64,000 bases of DNA from Phoronis australis (lineage: Eukaryota; Animalia; Phoronida). The stretch is from positions 963,006 through 1,027,005 of the forward strand of contig NMRA01000096.1 in assembly GCA_002633005.1 (NCBI GenBank). Reading direction: 5' to 3'. A program made the position numbers and the translations under genes. Below, in pieces: positions 1 to 16,164 of the stretch. The stretch's first letter is position 1. Each line of letters starts with the position of its first letter. Below the pieces are notes generated by a model. That model made no database searches and was not told the origin of the DNA. It worked only from the letters and a program-made list of their open reading frames with translations.

Positions 1-161
1 CCATTCCCCCGTCACACGGCCAATTCTATTAACAGCAAAACTTACTGATAATAACTATTAGGGTGGCAAAATTCTAATTATAGAATGGCTAAGCAACCTA
101 ACTTTCCTGTAAATTCCCCTTCAGTACTCTGGCGATGAATTTGACTTCCTTCCAGATGTCA

Positions 162-3883
<3,722 letters not shown>

Positions 3884-4805
3884 CCTGGTAGACCTAAATA
3901 GAAATATTTGTCAACATACCATCCATATCAGATGTAACTGAATACATCGTTTCAGTTGTATTTGTAATACTGAATGTATTGCTTCAAGAAACTATTAGCT
4001 TGTTTAGTATGACGTTATTTTGACGTTTTAGATAAAATTAAAATCCGATCTTCTCAACTCCATGGGACAACTGTTGTGGGAGCACACCGCTTAATCCAAA
4101 CACAAAATTTTGAAAAACTTTCAAGAGGTAAAATGCCATTATGGTAACCTAGGAATCAGAAAAAAGTCAAGACCTGCAAAATTTTCGAAATTTAACAGGA
4201 CTTAATTTACATGTAGATTACCGAATGCACCAGGAGCACGTGCAATGTTAAAAATGGCCAGTTGCCGATTTGAGCAAGTGAACAAAGCACTGCTCGAAAA
4301 AAAGTTTGATTACGCCACAGAAGTATTTGTTTGAGTTGTAAGGATAAAGACATTGAGGACTAACTTATTGTGTGTCCCCCTGCAATAAAACGTGACTTTG
4401 ATGTTTTAATCAGCGTGACGCTACTATAGGAGTTTCACCGTCTTTACTAGCACCAGTCGAGACGTGGCACTGTCTCTACCTGTCTTGTACTACTACTACT
4501 AGTACTACTACTACTACTACTAGCTCTGCAGCCGGTTATCTACCACTGTACCAGGCATGACATGAGATGAGTGATAGCCAAGGCGTGAGTGGTAGTGTGT
4601 GACTTGTCACACGGGCCTTCACACACACAATCAGTTAAGATTAACAATACTGGATATATGCTGTCAGTTCGACTAACCGTGATAACAGTAGTACCTTTAG
4701 AAATCAACCCAAAAGCCAAACGACAATTCTTTTTGGGGCAGCTTCTACGGTCCAGCTACTGTCGCCGTCTGTTGGTTACAAAACAAACCTCGTTTTGATA
4801 CCAAC
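3884..4805. promoter_or_regulatory. Putative bidirectional promoter and 5'UTR region between ALDH9A1 and GFM2
   Basis: The divergent start codons are 922 nt apart. An acceptor at 3894-3895 upstream of the ALDH9A1 ATG implies a non-coding first exon further right; candidate - strand donors lie at 4479 and 4694. Confidence 0.6.
4488..4522. repeat. (TAC)n microsatellite with one interruption
   Basis: tactactactactagtactactactactactacta seen directly. Confidence 0.9.
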
Positions 4806-7800
4806 ATGTCTGCGCCCATGACGCATTCACGAGTTAGGGCACTTAGTAGAAATCGTGCCCTTTGTAGGGCGATTTTTTACCCTAGAGGCATTCAGTCGTC
4901 TCGTCTATATTTCAGTAAATCGGTGTGTAGTGAACCCATTAAAATTCGGACATTTTTCTGTAAGAAATTCAGCGTTTCCGAGGTTTTGAGCTCGGCTGTT
5001 CGCTCCACACATTCCGTCTCATTCGACGACCGTGACATCCAGGCCATTAGAAACATTGGTATTATGGCGCATATTGATGCGGGAAAGACTACAACTACAG
5101 AAAGAATGTTGTTTTACTCGGGGTCATCTAGACATTTGGGTAACGTATGTGTAAACTTGATGCGCAAATGTTTCATTGTCACTGCGCTGTGCTGCTCTCT
5201 ATCGGCTCGGCAGATTTGTTTTGGAGACCTCCAAGGCAAAAGATGTTCATGCTCTGCTAATTGGCACTGTAGTAATTGCCTGATCCGAGAATCAAATTGG
5301 CTATCCTGATAATACTGACAGGCATGTTAACCATTTTGCTAATTGTCAAGTGCCCCTTAGCGAATGGCTACTATCAGAGGCTTCATGGGAAAGGCACATC
5401 TACAACATTCCCCTCTTTCCTGCATAACAGGCATGCCTCCTGGTTGCAGATCTTGGCAACACCCTGGCGTCCTGGAATTTGCCCTTAGCAACATTCACTC
5501 ATTTATTAGGTGTCCTGGAATTTGCTTAGTTTTAGCAAACCCGTGTGTTCTGAGCCCTCACCATCTGAGGTCCGTGCTAGAACTAGTTAGCAATGGCTCA
5601 CCAGTATATAATTCATGTGCCTACTAAGCCAGTTGTAGTAATTGCTGAGGTAACCTAACCCAGGAATTGAACAGGTCAGCAACCCTGATAAAACCGGCAA
5701 TCATTACTTAACCATTTGCCTAACAATTGCCCATTAGCAACTGGCCAATAGAGGCTCAGTTGATCCACTGGAAGCACATATAACAGCGTTTTAAATGAAA
5801 ACATGAGGAAATGAGTGCCTTGAGAAAAAATAGCCCTATTAATGTGATCTTTCCAATTCCCTGTACATATTATTTTTAAAGATCCATTGAATCTCAAAGT
5901 AAGGGCAACACTTTTTGTGCTAAATGCAACAAGATGGTAACTACTGTAAGTTTGTGCCGTTTTGCATATTATGTTCATCCAAGACGCACAAGATACACAG
6001 TTCTAATCACAAAGCAGAGGGTGATGGGTGTGACAAGCTAACATCTAAATTACTGCGCCACATAGTTGTGATTAATACTCAGGGTTTCAAAATTATAAAG
6101 TTGAAGACTGTCTATTTCTATTCAGTCATAAATAAGCTCTTCTGTTGCAGGAATCAAATGTAAGATGATCCAGTTCGTTGGATAGTTTATGTTTAACTTA
6201 TTCTTCCTGTGCCTATACAGATAATTGTATTTGTCCACAGGTGTTTAGTAACACAACTGGAATTCTGGAGTCCAGTATGCATTGTCCATCAGCTCCTGTA
6301 TGCTGTCCTACTATAGGCATTGATATCCTGTGACTGGCCACTTGGTTATTTTTTCTTTGTTTTGCTTTGTTTAAATTTACAAATACTGCAACTTGTGAAT
6401 CCAGTTGTTTTTTTGTAAGGGACAATGTATATTCAAATTTTCAATCATAATGTTTAACCTTTGAATCGTGAATTTTGCAGGTGATGTTGACGATGGCGAC
6501 ACAGTCACAGATTACATGCAGCAAGAAAGGGAGCGGGGCATCACAATTACTTCCGCTGCCGTCTCCTTTTTCTGGAATAAACACAAAATTAATCTTATTG
6601 ATACGCCAGGTATAGATTTTAATTTTGATTGGATTGATTGCTGTGTTGACGTTTGTGCGATCTCGTCAAAAGTTTTGTCCACTGATTTCCAAGTGGATGA
6701 CAATTTTTTTCTCCTGTTGCAGGATATTTTTCAAAGAGCAGTTTATTGTTCAAGTGTTCAGAAATGAATATTAAAAATGGGAAAAATCTGTTGAAACTGA
6801 AAAAGATTTACAGCATCATTGTCTAACTGCTGTGTTGTCCATTAAGTGTGTACAGTGTGTGGGTCTCTTCTGGGTGTTTCATGAAAATGACTGAAGTTTT
6901 AAAACAGAAATTTGGTCTTTCTTCACATTTGCTGGATATAGGTTTAACCAAATAGTTATGGGCACATCACAATCTAGCAATAATTTTTAAATTAAATTAT
7001 GACAGTATTTAGTCATTATGTGTATTTTCTAAGAGTTTTAGCAATTCTGATCAAATTGTTTTGAAGAAATAGTTGAGTGGAGTGTAAGACCAAATTTCTG
7101 TCTTAAGTCTTAATTCACTTTTCCTGTAACTGAGACCCTAGCAGACGAGACCCTAGTGAAGACGTGCAACAGTGATTGATGTACACCGTGATAAGTGAAT
7201 TGTTTTATGAGTCACACTGGTGTTGTCATTTCAGGTCACGTTGACTTTACTGTTGAAGTCGAGAGGGCGCTACGAGTACTGGATGGAGCTGTGGCTGTAT
7301 TTGATGCTTCTGCAGGTGACTGTCATTGATATTATTATGGTATGAATTCGTCAGTTTGGGACACGAAATTTGGTTTGTCAATTTCTCAACAAATATAACA
7401 TTTCAAGAAAATTTACTTTGCTTTAGCATGGTTTGTATGGCATAGCTGTTAGCAAAGAACATTTTGAGCATTCGCAACAATGTGGTTAGCCTCTGAAAAA
7501 TAGAAATATGGCAATATCAACAATTATTTTTTGTCCCAAATTGAGAAAAATTTACCATACAACTACTTCTACATGTTCTGCCTCTGTTACTCCTACAATC
7601 ACTTTGTCCATAAATACCACACCGCCTGCTGTGATTCTGTGACATTTACCCACAATGCTGTATTTCAGTGGAGCACTAGGTGGTGATTGTACACTGCTGC
7701 TGTGCTAATCACTATTTTACGGCAAAATTATTCTGGGATTTGTCATTCTTGTCTTGATGAAGTTTTACTGCAACTGCATAGTGAATTTTAATGTAGACAC

Positions 7801-10800
7801 CAAAAATGGACAAGTTAGGTGGAGTTGGATATGTCGCGCTTTCTTCTTTTATCTGAGCTCAGAAACGTTCAGCAATCCTAACCTTTTAGAAACTAGGTTA
7901 TTAATATAGTGTGTTTTTCTACCTCGTTTTGATCAAGTCCTGTTGCCAAAATTGTAATAAAACTTTTGCCGGGTGTTTGGAGAAAAGCATCTTGTTAAGA
8001 TTTTATTCAACCGAGTGCTCTCATGTTTGTACATTAAGTGCTACAACCTCTGAACTCTTTATAACCTTTCCATTATTTCTAATCAACTCTTTTAAGGCCC
8101 TGGACATATTCACGAGAAGAACACAAAGAGAAACTTGCAATTATAAAATTCTTAATTTGGGAAGCAGATATCAATAGCTATGATTAAAATTTTATATTTT
8201 TTGGATGCTTGTTACTTAAAAGTTAGAAATGTTCAGAAATTCACCAAATTGCTATTTGGCAAATGCTAAACTACGCAAACTGATTAAAATTTTCTTGTAA
8301 AATTATGTTGGTTGAGAAATTTTACAAAATAAAATTCCGCTTTTCTGCTAAATTGTCATGCATCCTAAAATAATAAATTCTACTTTTCGTAATCAGGTGA
8401 AAGTTTGCGACCATTCTTCTTCGTTGTTTTCTTTAGATGTTGAAAAGGAGGCAGTGTTGCTAGTGGGTTTAGTGTTTGCCTCCCGTTCACGAGGTCGTAC
8501 GTTTGAATTCCACTGGACCCTACTTCTAGACTCTTCAGTTAGGTCTCTTGATCCCCATGTTGGTCTTAATTTGTTTATATCTGTATATGTTAATCAACAT
8601 AAAATGATTCCAGGCGTTTTGTGCAATGGGGCCAAGTGAAGGCCCTGCGCATGCCTGATGCAACATGATGTATCAGACTACCTGTACTATTTTTTTCATT
8701 TTTAGGTGTCGAAGCGCAATCCTTAACAGTATGGCGACAGGCTGACCGATACCATGTTCCTCGGATTGCGTATCTCAATAAGATGGACAAATTGGGAGCG
8801 AACATGGCATCATCATTAACTTCTATGAGAGAGAAACTCAAGACGATTCCTTTGCCAATCCATCTCCCTATTGGCAAGGAGAAGACATTTCAAGGTGTCA
8901 TCGATATTGTTTCCATGCAAAAAGTTGTATGGGATTCCACATCTAGCAGTAGTCACCGGTTTGTCAAGAAATCTTTGGATCAATTTCGTGATGAGCGGCT
9001 GTTTGCGGAAGCCGTTAATGCTAGGGGTAGTCTTATTGAGCAGTTGGCTGATTTAGATGAAACAATGGCTGATATTGTGTTGAGCGACGTTGCTTATAGT
9101 GAGATAACAGCAGAACAGATACACCCAGCTCTGAGACGCGTAACACTTGCTCACAAGGGTGTGCCAGTCCTGTGCGGGAGTTCACTGAAAAATAAAGGTG
9201 TGCAGCTTCTTTTAGACGCTATCACACAATATTTGCCAAGTCCTTCAGAAAGGTCACGTGAATTCATGGACGTCTACAAAGATGAGTTGTGTGCCTTGGC
9301 GTTTAAGATCATCCACGATAAACAAAGGGGGCCACTGACATTCCTCAGGATTTATAATGGGATCTTAAAATCAGGCTCAACAATTCACAATATAAACCGT
9401 GGTTGCTCTGAAAAGGTCACCAGACTGTGCCAGATGTTTGCGAATGAATCTAAAGATGTCTCTGCTGCATCAGCTGGCAATATTGTTGCTGCTTCAGGCT
9501 TGAATGAGGTTTGTATCTAATATGGTACTACATGTAATGTCCAACTAGTTGTACACAAACTATTTATCAACAAGCATGTGTCCATTGCCAAATGCTGCAG
9601 CGGGAAGGTCCACCATTATCAGTTGAAGAATGGCAATCCTTGGTAACACACACTCAAATATACAGTACGGAATTACAAAAAAATGTAGAATGACATAAAA
9701 ATAGATTCGTGCAAAACCTAATCAGCTTTTCAGTGCAAATGGTTTCTTTATTCACCCACGCATCTGTTTTATGCAAAAAGGCTGTAGATATGCTTAGCTT
9801 AGTTTTTAAAGAACTTAGGGAGCTCAGTTACTCAACATATGTTAAATACTGATAACTGTTTTGTGTGATTTATATTCCTTGTCTCAATATAATTATTTTA
9901 TTGCAAAAGCTACATTTATTTAATTTTTAGACGACTACTGGTGACACATTGGTGAGTAGTCGATCTTCTGTCAACTCTGCCAAGAAGGCTTACTTATCAG
10001 AGAAAGGACATGACGTGGATGAGACTAAGACACCAGTGCTAGCAGGGGTGACAATTCCTGACCCCGTCTTTCTCTGCTGTGTGGAGCCACCATCTCTGTC
10101 CCAGCAGAAGCAGTTGGATTATGCCCTCTGTTGTCTACAAAGAGAGGACCCTAGTTTCCGTGTGAGTGTTGACCCCGACTCCGGTCAAACTGTACTGGCT
10201 GGTATGGGAGAGCTACACTTGGAGATAATACAGGACAGGATACGTAAGGAATATGGCGTTGACGCATATTTTGGACAACTTTATATATCCTACAGGTATG
10301 TATGTGAATGAATGGTTTTAGTTTGTTAAGGAGTGAAATGTTTCTTCAAAAAGCTGTTTTCAGTGTCATTCTCCTTTCAAACTTAGAAATATTGACGAGG
10401 GAAATAAATCTTTGGTTTGAAATAAGAAATTTTTGCTTGCATAAAGATGCTGTCATGTTTTTGTCTTTAGGTTTCTTTTGCTAATGTAATAAACTGTTGT
10501 GAACCTATGACCTCCTGCTCAAATTGATGTGTCGTATTATGGAGATTCTTGGCAAAAATCACTGAGGCAGTAAAAAACACACTTTCTATCACAAAAAAAC
10601 AACTTTTGATTTAAACCACTTGCCATCATGAAATTGGTATTATTAATAAATTGCTCTGCAGTTTAATTAGAGAGAGAGAGTACTTAAGGTATTCAAAAGT
10701 ACTGATGCTGGGTTATGACTTAATATCAGCCTCTACAAGTTAGTTTGTCTCAGTGGGCCGTTTTATGCACCAAGCATGGTCTTAAGGAATTGTGAATTGT

Positions 10801-13800
10801 CAGGTCTATACAAACTCAGAAATCACTTCTCCTCTCAGTAAGTAACAAGTTGAGACCAATTTTACAGCGGTGAGTGACCTAAATAAAAAGTTCACTTTTG
10901 ACCCGTCTGTATGTAATTGCAGCAGATAATTACTTTCACCTTGCCCCAGGTTTGCGGACACACGGCGATTAGAAGTGACGCGAGTTACCCTAGAACAAGT
11001 TACACTACCTCAATAAGGTGGAGTAAGTTGTCACAAGTGGGGCAAGCTGCATTAGTTTGAAAATATCCAGACAGCCCTTAAACCTAGCGAAAACTCGTTC
11101 CAGGAGTGACTTGTTCTTGGATAAGTCAGTGTGTGGACGGCACTTTATTTATTATTACCTCACAAAAGAGTCATGTGACCACTCCAAGTAACCTATTAAT
11201 TCCATTGACCTTGAACAGTCGTTACGAGCAAGCTTAAGTGTGCCAAATAATGTGCTACCTTATTTGAGCTTGGGTAATATTTGTCAGGCTTAGAAGTAAT
11301 CATTTTCCAATCTCTTGACTTACTTTACGCAGGGCTTCTCTTAAACCGCGCATACCCTTGCTTGCAGCGTGGCGGACCTCCTTATTTAGCACACGTGACT
11401 TAACCTCATAAGCTGTGTGTGTGTGCGCATGTGTGTGCGCATGTGTGTGCGCATGCGTGTGTGCGTAGGTAATAAAAAACAGTAATTGCAGGTGGTCTGG
11501 TACGCGTTGTACCAGACATGCGCAGGCCGCTCAGGTGGGCCCATTCCACTGGTCACCTGGAACTATTTTATGCTTTATTAATAGTTAAAGCTGAGGTGAG
11601 GAGCTAGAGACATGACTCAAAGGTCTAACAGTGTGCCCCAGTGGTACTAGAACCCGCGACTTTGAGAAAAAGAAGCAGACATTTATCCCGCTATGCCACG
11701 CTGTCTCTTCTTGCTGTGTAGGTAGGTGATGGTCATTTTTACCTTGATAGTCAGTTGGTAAGAAAACATATTGGGCTTATTTCGTGGAATTTGCTGATGG
11801 TCGACTTTAACTCTTTGAAATGTTTTTCTAGAGAAACAATTGATGGCTCTGCGGAGGAGACATCCACCATTGACAAAGTGATCGGCAACACCCACAACAG
11901 AGTATCCATTACTCTAGGTGTGCGGCCCAAGCCGGGTGCGGGTCAGCCTAGTCGTCTGACTCTTGTGAGAAGCCGTGATGACAACCTTGACAGTATACGT
12001 AGGCATCACATGAAGGCTATTCAAAACGGCATGCGGTCAGCTCTCAACCAAGGTAGCGTTATTGGCAGCGATTGGTTATCCTTTTTCATTGTTATACACC
12101 ATGGGACAAGAATTTCCATCCGTTTATTAAAGCCGCTGGAAACCTTGAGTCTGGTGACTTGAAACTTACAAGGATACTTAATCCTGTCTTGATGGTCTAG
12201 ACAACCATCGTGTCACCTGCTGATTGTGCCAGTGGCATCAACCTTGAAAGATAAAAGTAGGAATCAACCAAAAACTCACACTCACAATATCACAAATTGG
12301 ATATTATGGTTCTTAGTGAGAGGTCTTTTCCCACAGTTGCCGTGCATTTCACTAAAAGCATTGGTCACAATTGCCCGTTTAGCAAATTTTGAAAGGAGTT
12401 TTCAAATTTTCCTTCATACCTTTGAGGGTGGTCAAGGGTTGCAGCACATTATTTTATTTCAGAGAATTGGAACGTCTATTTTAATATCTGTTAATAGGCC
12501 AAAACTGGGTTCGGTGTCCTTTTAAGTAAGAAATTTGGTTTTGTGCTTCACACAGCTATTTCTTAAAAATAATTTAATCTCACTAATTGATAAGCAAAGT
12601 CATTGGCAATGTATAATTGCACCTTTTTGGAATTCGCAATTTTAAGGTTGGCCAGCCCAATAAATTTTGAAGCATTCTTTTTGGCAATGGAAATAGAATC
12701 TTATAATGGTAAGGAATATTTTGAGACTGATTTCGTGGAAGTAAAAGGGCTAGCTTGATTTTCAAATTTAATTCAGTTTTCGAAGTCAAAGTCTACACTT
12801 TTCACTTTCAAACAATATGTACTTTCGCAGAGCTCATTTGTAGTTTTTCAAATATTTGGATAAATACACTTGTCAATAAGGTCCAACATAACCTTAAGTT
12901 TGTTTCATTTCACTCAACCAACTGTAAACATTTGCGCATTTAAAAAGCATTTTCTTTGCTGTCTAAGGAAAGACACATTTTGTTGATTGCAAACATCTGC
13001 ATTATTGAGAGAAGAATAAGTGTCCCCCAAGTGTTTCATTGAAAAGCAAACTATTACCGACTGACCTACTCTCAACTCAGAGGACTGAGGGTGCATTGCA
13101 AGGGAGAAAGACTATTTTAAGAATGGTCTTGAAGAATTGTCAGACAGTGGATATGTTTGTCGCAATATACCATTTAATCGCTTGCCAGTATCTGAGGAAA
13201 GTTGACGTCATTTAAAATTGGTAAAAAACAAGAGAAGTTACTTAGTACTAGAAGACTATAAGTTAAGTACTCATAACATCTTCTAGTTATGTAACTTCTC
13301 TCGTTTTTTACCATCATCACAGAAGACAACGATGAATTGGGAACACTTTTAACCGTATCATTTAAAATTGTTTTGTTTCAGCATCTTCTTGTGCTAATTC
13401 TGAATCTGTTTTCACATTTCAGGTCCCATCCTTGGCTTCCCAGTTCTTGATTTGGAAGTGTTGTTACATTCATTCCAAGTTGGCTACGGCACTACTCTGG
13501 CCATGGTATCCGCTTGCACCTCCGAGTGTGTCCACAAGGTGTTGCAGAAGGCATCCGGCGTCTTACTAGAACCCATGATGAGACTAGAGGTAGCGTGTAG
13601 GGGGTTAATGCCTTGCATCAACTGGAAACATGTGAAGATTGTCACGTGTCATGTGACGTTAAGGTCATGTAAGGTCATGTAAGGTCATGTAGGGTCATGT
13701 TGACAAGTCTGTATATTTAGCCAAATATCAACAGAACTTTAAATTTAAATCATTATGTAAATTAAAATTGTATATTTTCCAACAGTAGAAAGCCCGTAGA

Positions 13801-14720
13801 ATGTCATTTTTGGTCGTAACAATATGACATTAATTGGTTCACATGACCATGTCTATTTAGTAAAATTTAGCAAAAGAGAAAGCCCCATTGATAGCAAAGG
13901 AAGGGTGTCAATAACATGATCAGGTTTTGTTTGATATAAATCTTCAAGATTAAATCTCTATGGTTCTGTTACAGTTTTCAAATGTGGGTATTTCACTTTC
14001 GATTGATGCGACTTGTGAGTTTTTGCATGGAAACTGTTAAAAGTCCTATTTTTGAGAGCTCCAGCGGCAAAATTGGGAGATTTTTAAATCATTTTCTAAT
14101 AGCGTTTTGAAGAAGATCAGGGTGTGCACCATGGTATCTGAAAGTTTGGTATTAATTCGATCAACCAGTTCTGAGATATGATGTGATGTGTGTCAAATTT
14201 GGACTTTTTTCTAGGGTCCTACATAATTTTATCTCGGTTTTATTTGACACTTAAGTGGACCAAGACTTTCAGCCATGCATAAATTCAAACTTGAAATGCC
14301 AAAAATTATTGTCAATATACTTTAGCATCATCGCTTTTCAAATAATTTAGTGTTACATTTCCCTATTTTTGCAACTTTAACTAGACTGGAATGAAAATTG
14401 TCAATTTTTGAAAACTACTGTAGAAGATGACAAATCTCATTAAAAATTTTCCTTCCTTTCAGATCACAGCAGACGACACTGGCTCCCAAAGCATTCTGGG
14501 AGATTTGTCGACTAGAAGGGCACACATTCATGACATATTCACGAGACAAGACACTCGCGTTATTCTCGCAGAGGTTCCCCTGTCAGAACTTTTTGGCTAC
14601 TCGACCGTTTTGCGGACTATCACATCCGGAAAGGCCACGTTTTCAATGGAATTGTCCCGTTATGAAAGAATGTCCAATGAAATGCAACGAAAAACTGTAT
14701 TGGAAAGCAGAGGCTGGTAG
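4806..14720 (+). CDS. GFM2: Mitochondrial ribosome-releasing factor 2 / elongation factor G2 (~785 aa)
   Basis: Exons 4806-5139, 6481-6609, 7235-7315, 8706-9508, 9931-10295, 11832-12052, 13423-13589, 14463-14720 total 2358 nt, all GT-AG and in phase. Arg-rich N-terminal presequence. Translational GTPase motifs [64 protein letters not shown] and LNKMD. EF-G domain III-V motifs [26 protein letters not shown] and [35 protein letters not shown] and HDKQRGPL are typical of GFM2. Confidence 0.95.
6872..7138. mobile_element. MITE-like inverted-repeat element in GFM2 intron 2
   Basis: ACAGAAATTTGGTCTT (~6904) is inverted as AAGACCAAATTTCTGT (~7086), with degenerate pairing extending outward. Confidence 0.5.
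8447..8697 (+). mobile_element. tRNA-derived SINE, copy 1
   Basis: A-box-like TGTTGCTAGTGG and B-box-like GTTTGAATTCC head. The body CAGG...TGCAATGGG-CC-A...GGCCCTGCGCATG-CTG is shared with 11470-11665 (-) and 33880-33968 (+). T-rich 3' end. Confidence 0.65.
11414..11466. repeat. (TGTGTGCGCA)n / TG-rich microsatellite next to the 3' end of SINE copy 2
   Basis: Seen directly. Confidence 0.85.
11470..11665 (-). mobile_element. tRNA-derived SINE, copy 2, 5' partly truncated
   Basis: Reverse complement reads GTCGCGGGTTCTAGTACCACTGG...CATAAAATAGTTCCAGG...AATGGGCCCA...GGCCTGCGCATGTCTGG...CAGACCACCTGC...TTTTTTAT, homologous to copy 1. Confidence 0.65.
13219..13313. repeat. Near-perfect inverted repeat (hairpin or mini-MITE)
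   Basis: TGGTAAAAAACAAGAGAAGTTAC pairs with GTAACTTCTCTCGTTTTTTACCA (22/23), with an inner stem ACTAGAAGA/TCTTCTAGT. Confidence 0.8.
13661..13700 (+). repeat. Tandem 10-mer (AAGGTCATGT)x4
   Basis: Three exact copies plus AGGGTCATGT; the unit equals the transposon terminus. Confidence 0.9.
13663..14228. mobile_element. Kolobok-like non-autonomous element, copy 2 (inverted), in the last GFM2 intron
   Basis: Aligns by eye to the reverse complement of 671-1200 (AAAAGTCCTATTTTTGA, CATGGTATCT, TTTAGTAAAATTTAGCAAAA, TAGGGTCCTACAT). TTAA at 13659-13662. Confidence 0.72.
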
Positions 14721-15181
14721 AAGGCTGTTTCTCGAATTCATGACACTTCAAGATGACCCTTTTCCTTGTTTTGAAATTGCTGTGTCTGAAATGTTTAATC
14801 TTTGTTTTAAAACATTGTTCAGTTTTAACATAAATGAGAAGTGACATTCTTTTGATGAGGTAGCACACTATGGTACAAATTCAACTATATGTTTGTGTGT
14901 GGATACATTGTATTGTCATCCACCTCCGGTGTCGTTTAGCGTATGCTGCTGTATCTCCTAAATCCTTCGAGGTATGTTTGTGAAATTTTAAATACATGTA
15001 TCATGGATCGGATGGCATGAGCAAATTTTCTGATGGATGAAAGTACCGATGGCAATTTTAGTTCTGTACGTTAGCCTCTATATGTTAAGAGTTCCGTCAC
15101 AGATTTTCATGAAATTTCAGAAATAGGTTTCTTTTATGGAGACGATGACACCTTCTCATTTTCAGCTGGATTTTGTGTAAT

Positions 15182-15200
15182 CTGCGCCCCCTAGTGGCCA
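15182..15200 (-). promoter_or_regulatory. CTCF-consensus motif between the convergent GFM2 and LRRC74A genes
   Basis: Reverse complement TGGCCACTAGGGGGCGCAG closely matches the CTCF core consensus. Binding is not shown. Confidence 0.45.
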
Positions 15201-16164
15201 ACAGGGACATGGAAACCACCAAAACATTGAAAGCACCAGTGACTCGAGACAATGCTTGAGAATGTTTTTGGGGTTAGCCTATTCTAAAACTGCATATTTG
15301 AAAATGGTGCAGGTACATGAAGACATTGCCTAGTACTTGCTGGATCATTCGGCAGAAATTCAAGATCAGATGAATGGGTTTATGCCTTCTAAACTCAACG
15401 TGCTTTGATTAAGAATTCAACATTTACAGTTAATTAGGGGTGAAGTGCATCTTTAGTATTTAGAACAATGCACTACTGGCAGATTTAGAGGTCAGTAATG
15501 CGGAGAAGGTTGTGTGTCGAGTCGTGATTACTGTGATGTGAGTGTGTGCCTCTACCATTCGTAGCATGTGTTTTTCGTTCCTCACTTTATTTGCACACAT
15601 TACATGATCGTCTGTAGCGTAAATATTGTTGTTTTTGGCATATGTTGGAAGCCAAATGAGGCTTTGGCAGACGTGGATATTTGCCATAGCTTTGCAATAA
15701 TTTTTGTTACAACATGCCATTCTTGAGTTCATCAATCGTCATCAATCACGATATCTCTGATTTTCATCATTATCAGTCATTGTCAATCGTCACCAGTCAT
15801 AGTTAGTCGCCATCATCACCGTTGTCTTCATCAGTCATATCATCAATATTATGACTGTTACCACTAGCTGTTGTCATCGTCATCATTGTCTTTTCAGTCA
15901 GCAGGTATTGTTGTTTAGGGTCCTTTCACTAATTTATTGTTGCATGAATAAAATATTTTTAAAATTTCCGTTAGTTTTCATTGCTCTTCCTTTGTCAACC
16001 ATTTGGTTACCAAAGTTTTGTAAACAATATTAAAGAAAATAAATATGCTCTCTTTATTGTTGCTTTTGTCGCATCAAATTGAGATGTAGTGGCCATGAAT
16101 AATGACTAACCAGGCTTTTTGGTTGTAAGCGCCCGTGTATTTTGCCTTGCTCATGTATATCTTA

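Noticed and set aside
5276-6425. Several 70-100 aa ORFs in GFM2 intron 1
   Set aside because: No recognisable domains or supporting splice structure; expected by chance.
8447-8520. tRNA-like A and B boxes
   Set aside because: No intact cloverleaf, and the sequence continues into a body repeated elsewhere, so it is a SINE head rather than a tRNA gene.
13661-13700. Short direct repeats here and at 32113-32154 considered as CRISPR-like arrays
   Set aside because: Head-to-tail units without spacers, no cas genes, eukaryotic context.
15728-15895. TCA/TCG-rich stretch
   Set aside because: Degenerate low-complexity (ATC)n sequence with no coding or structural support.
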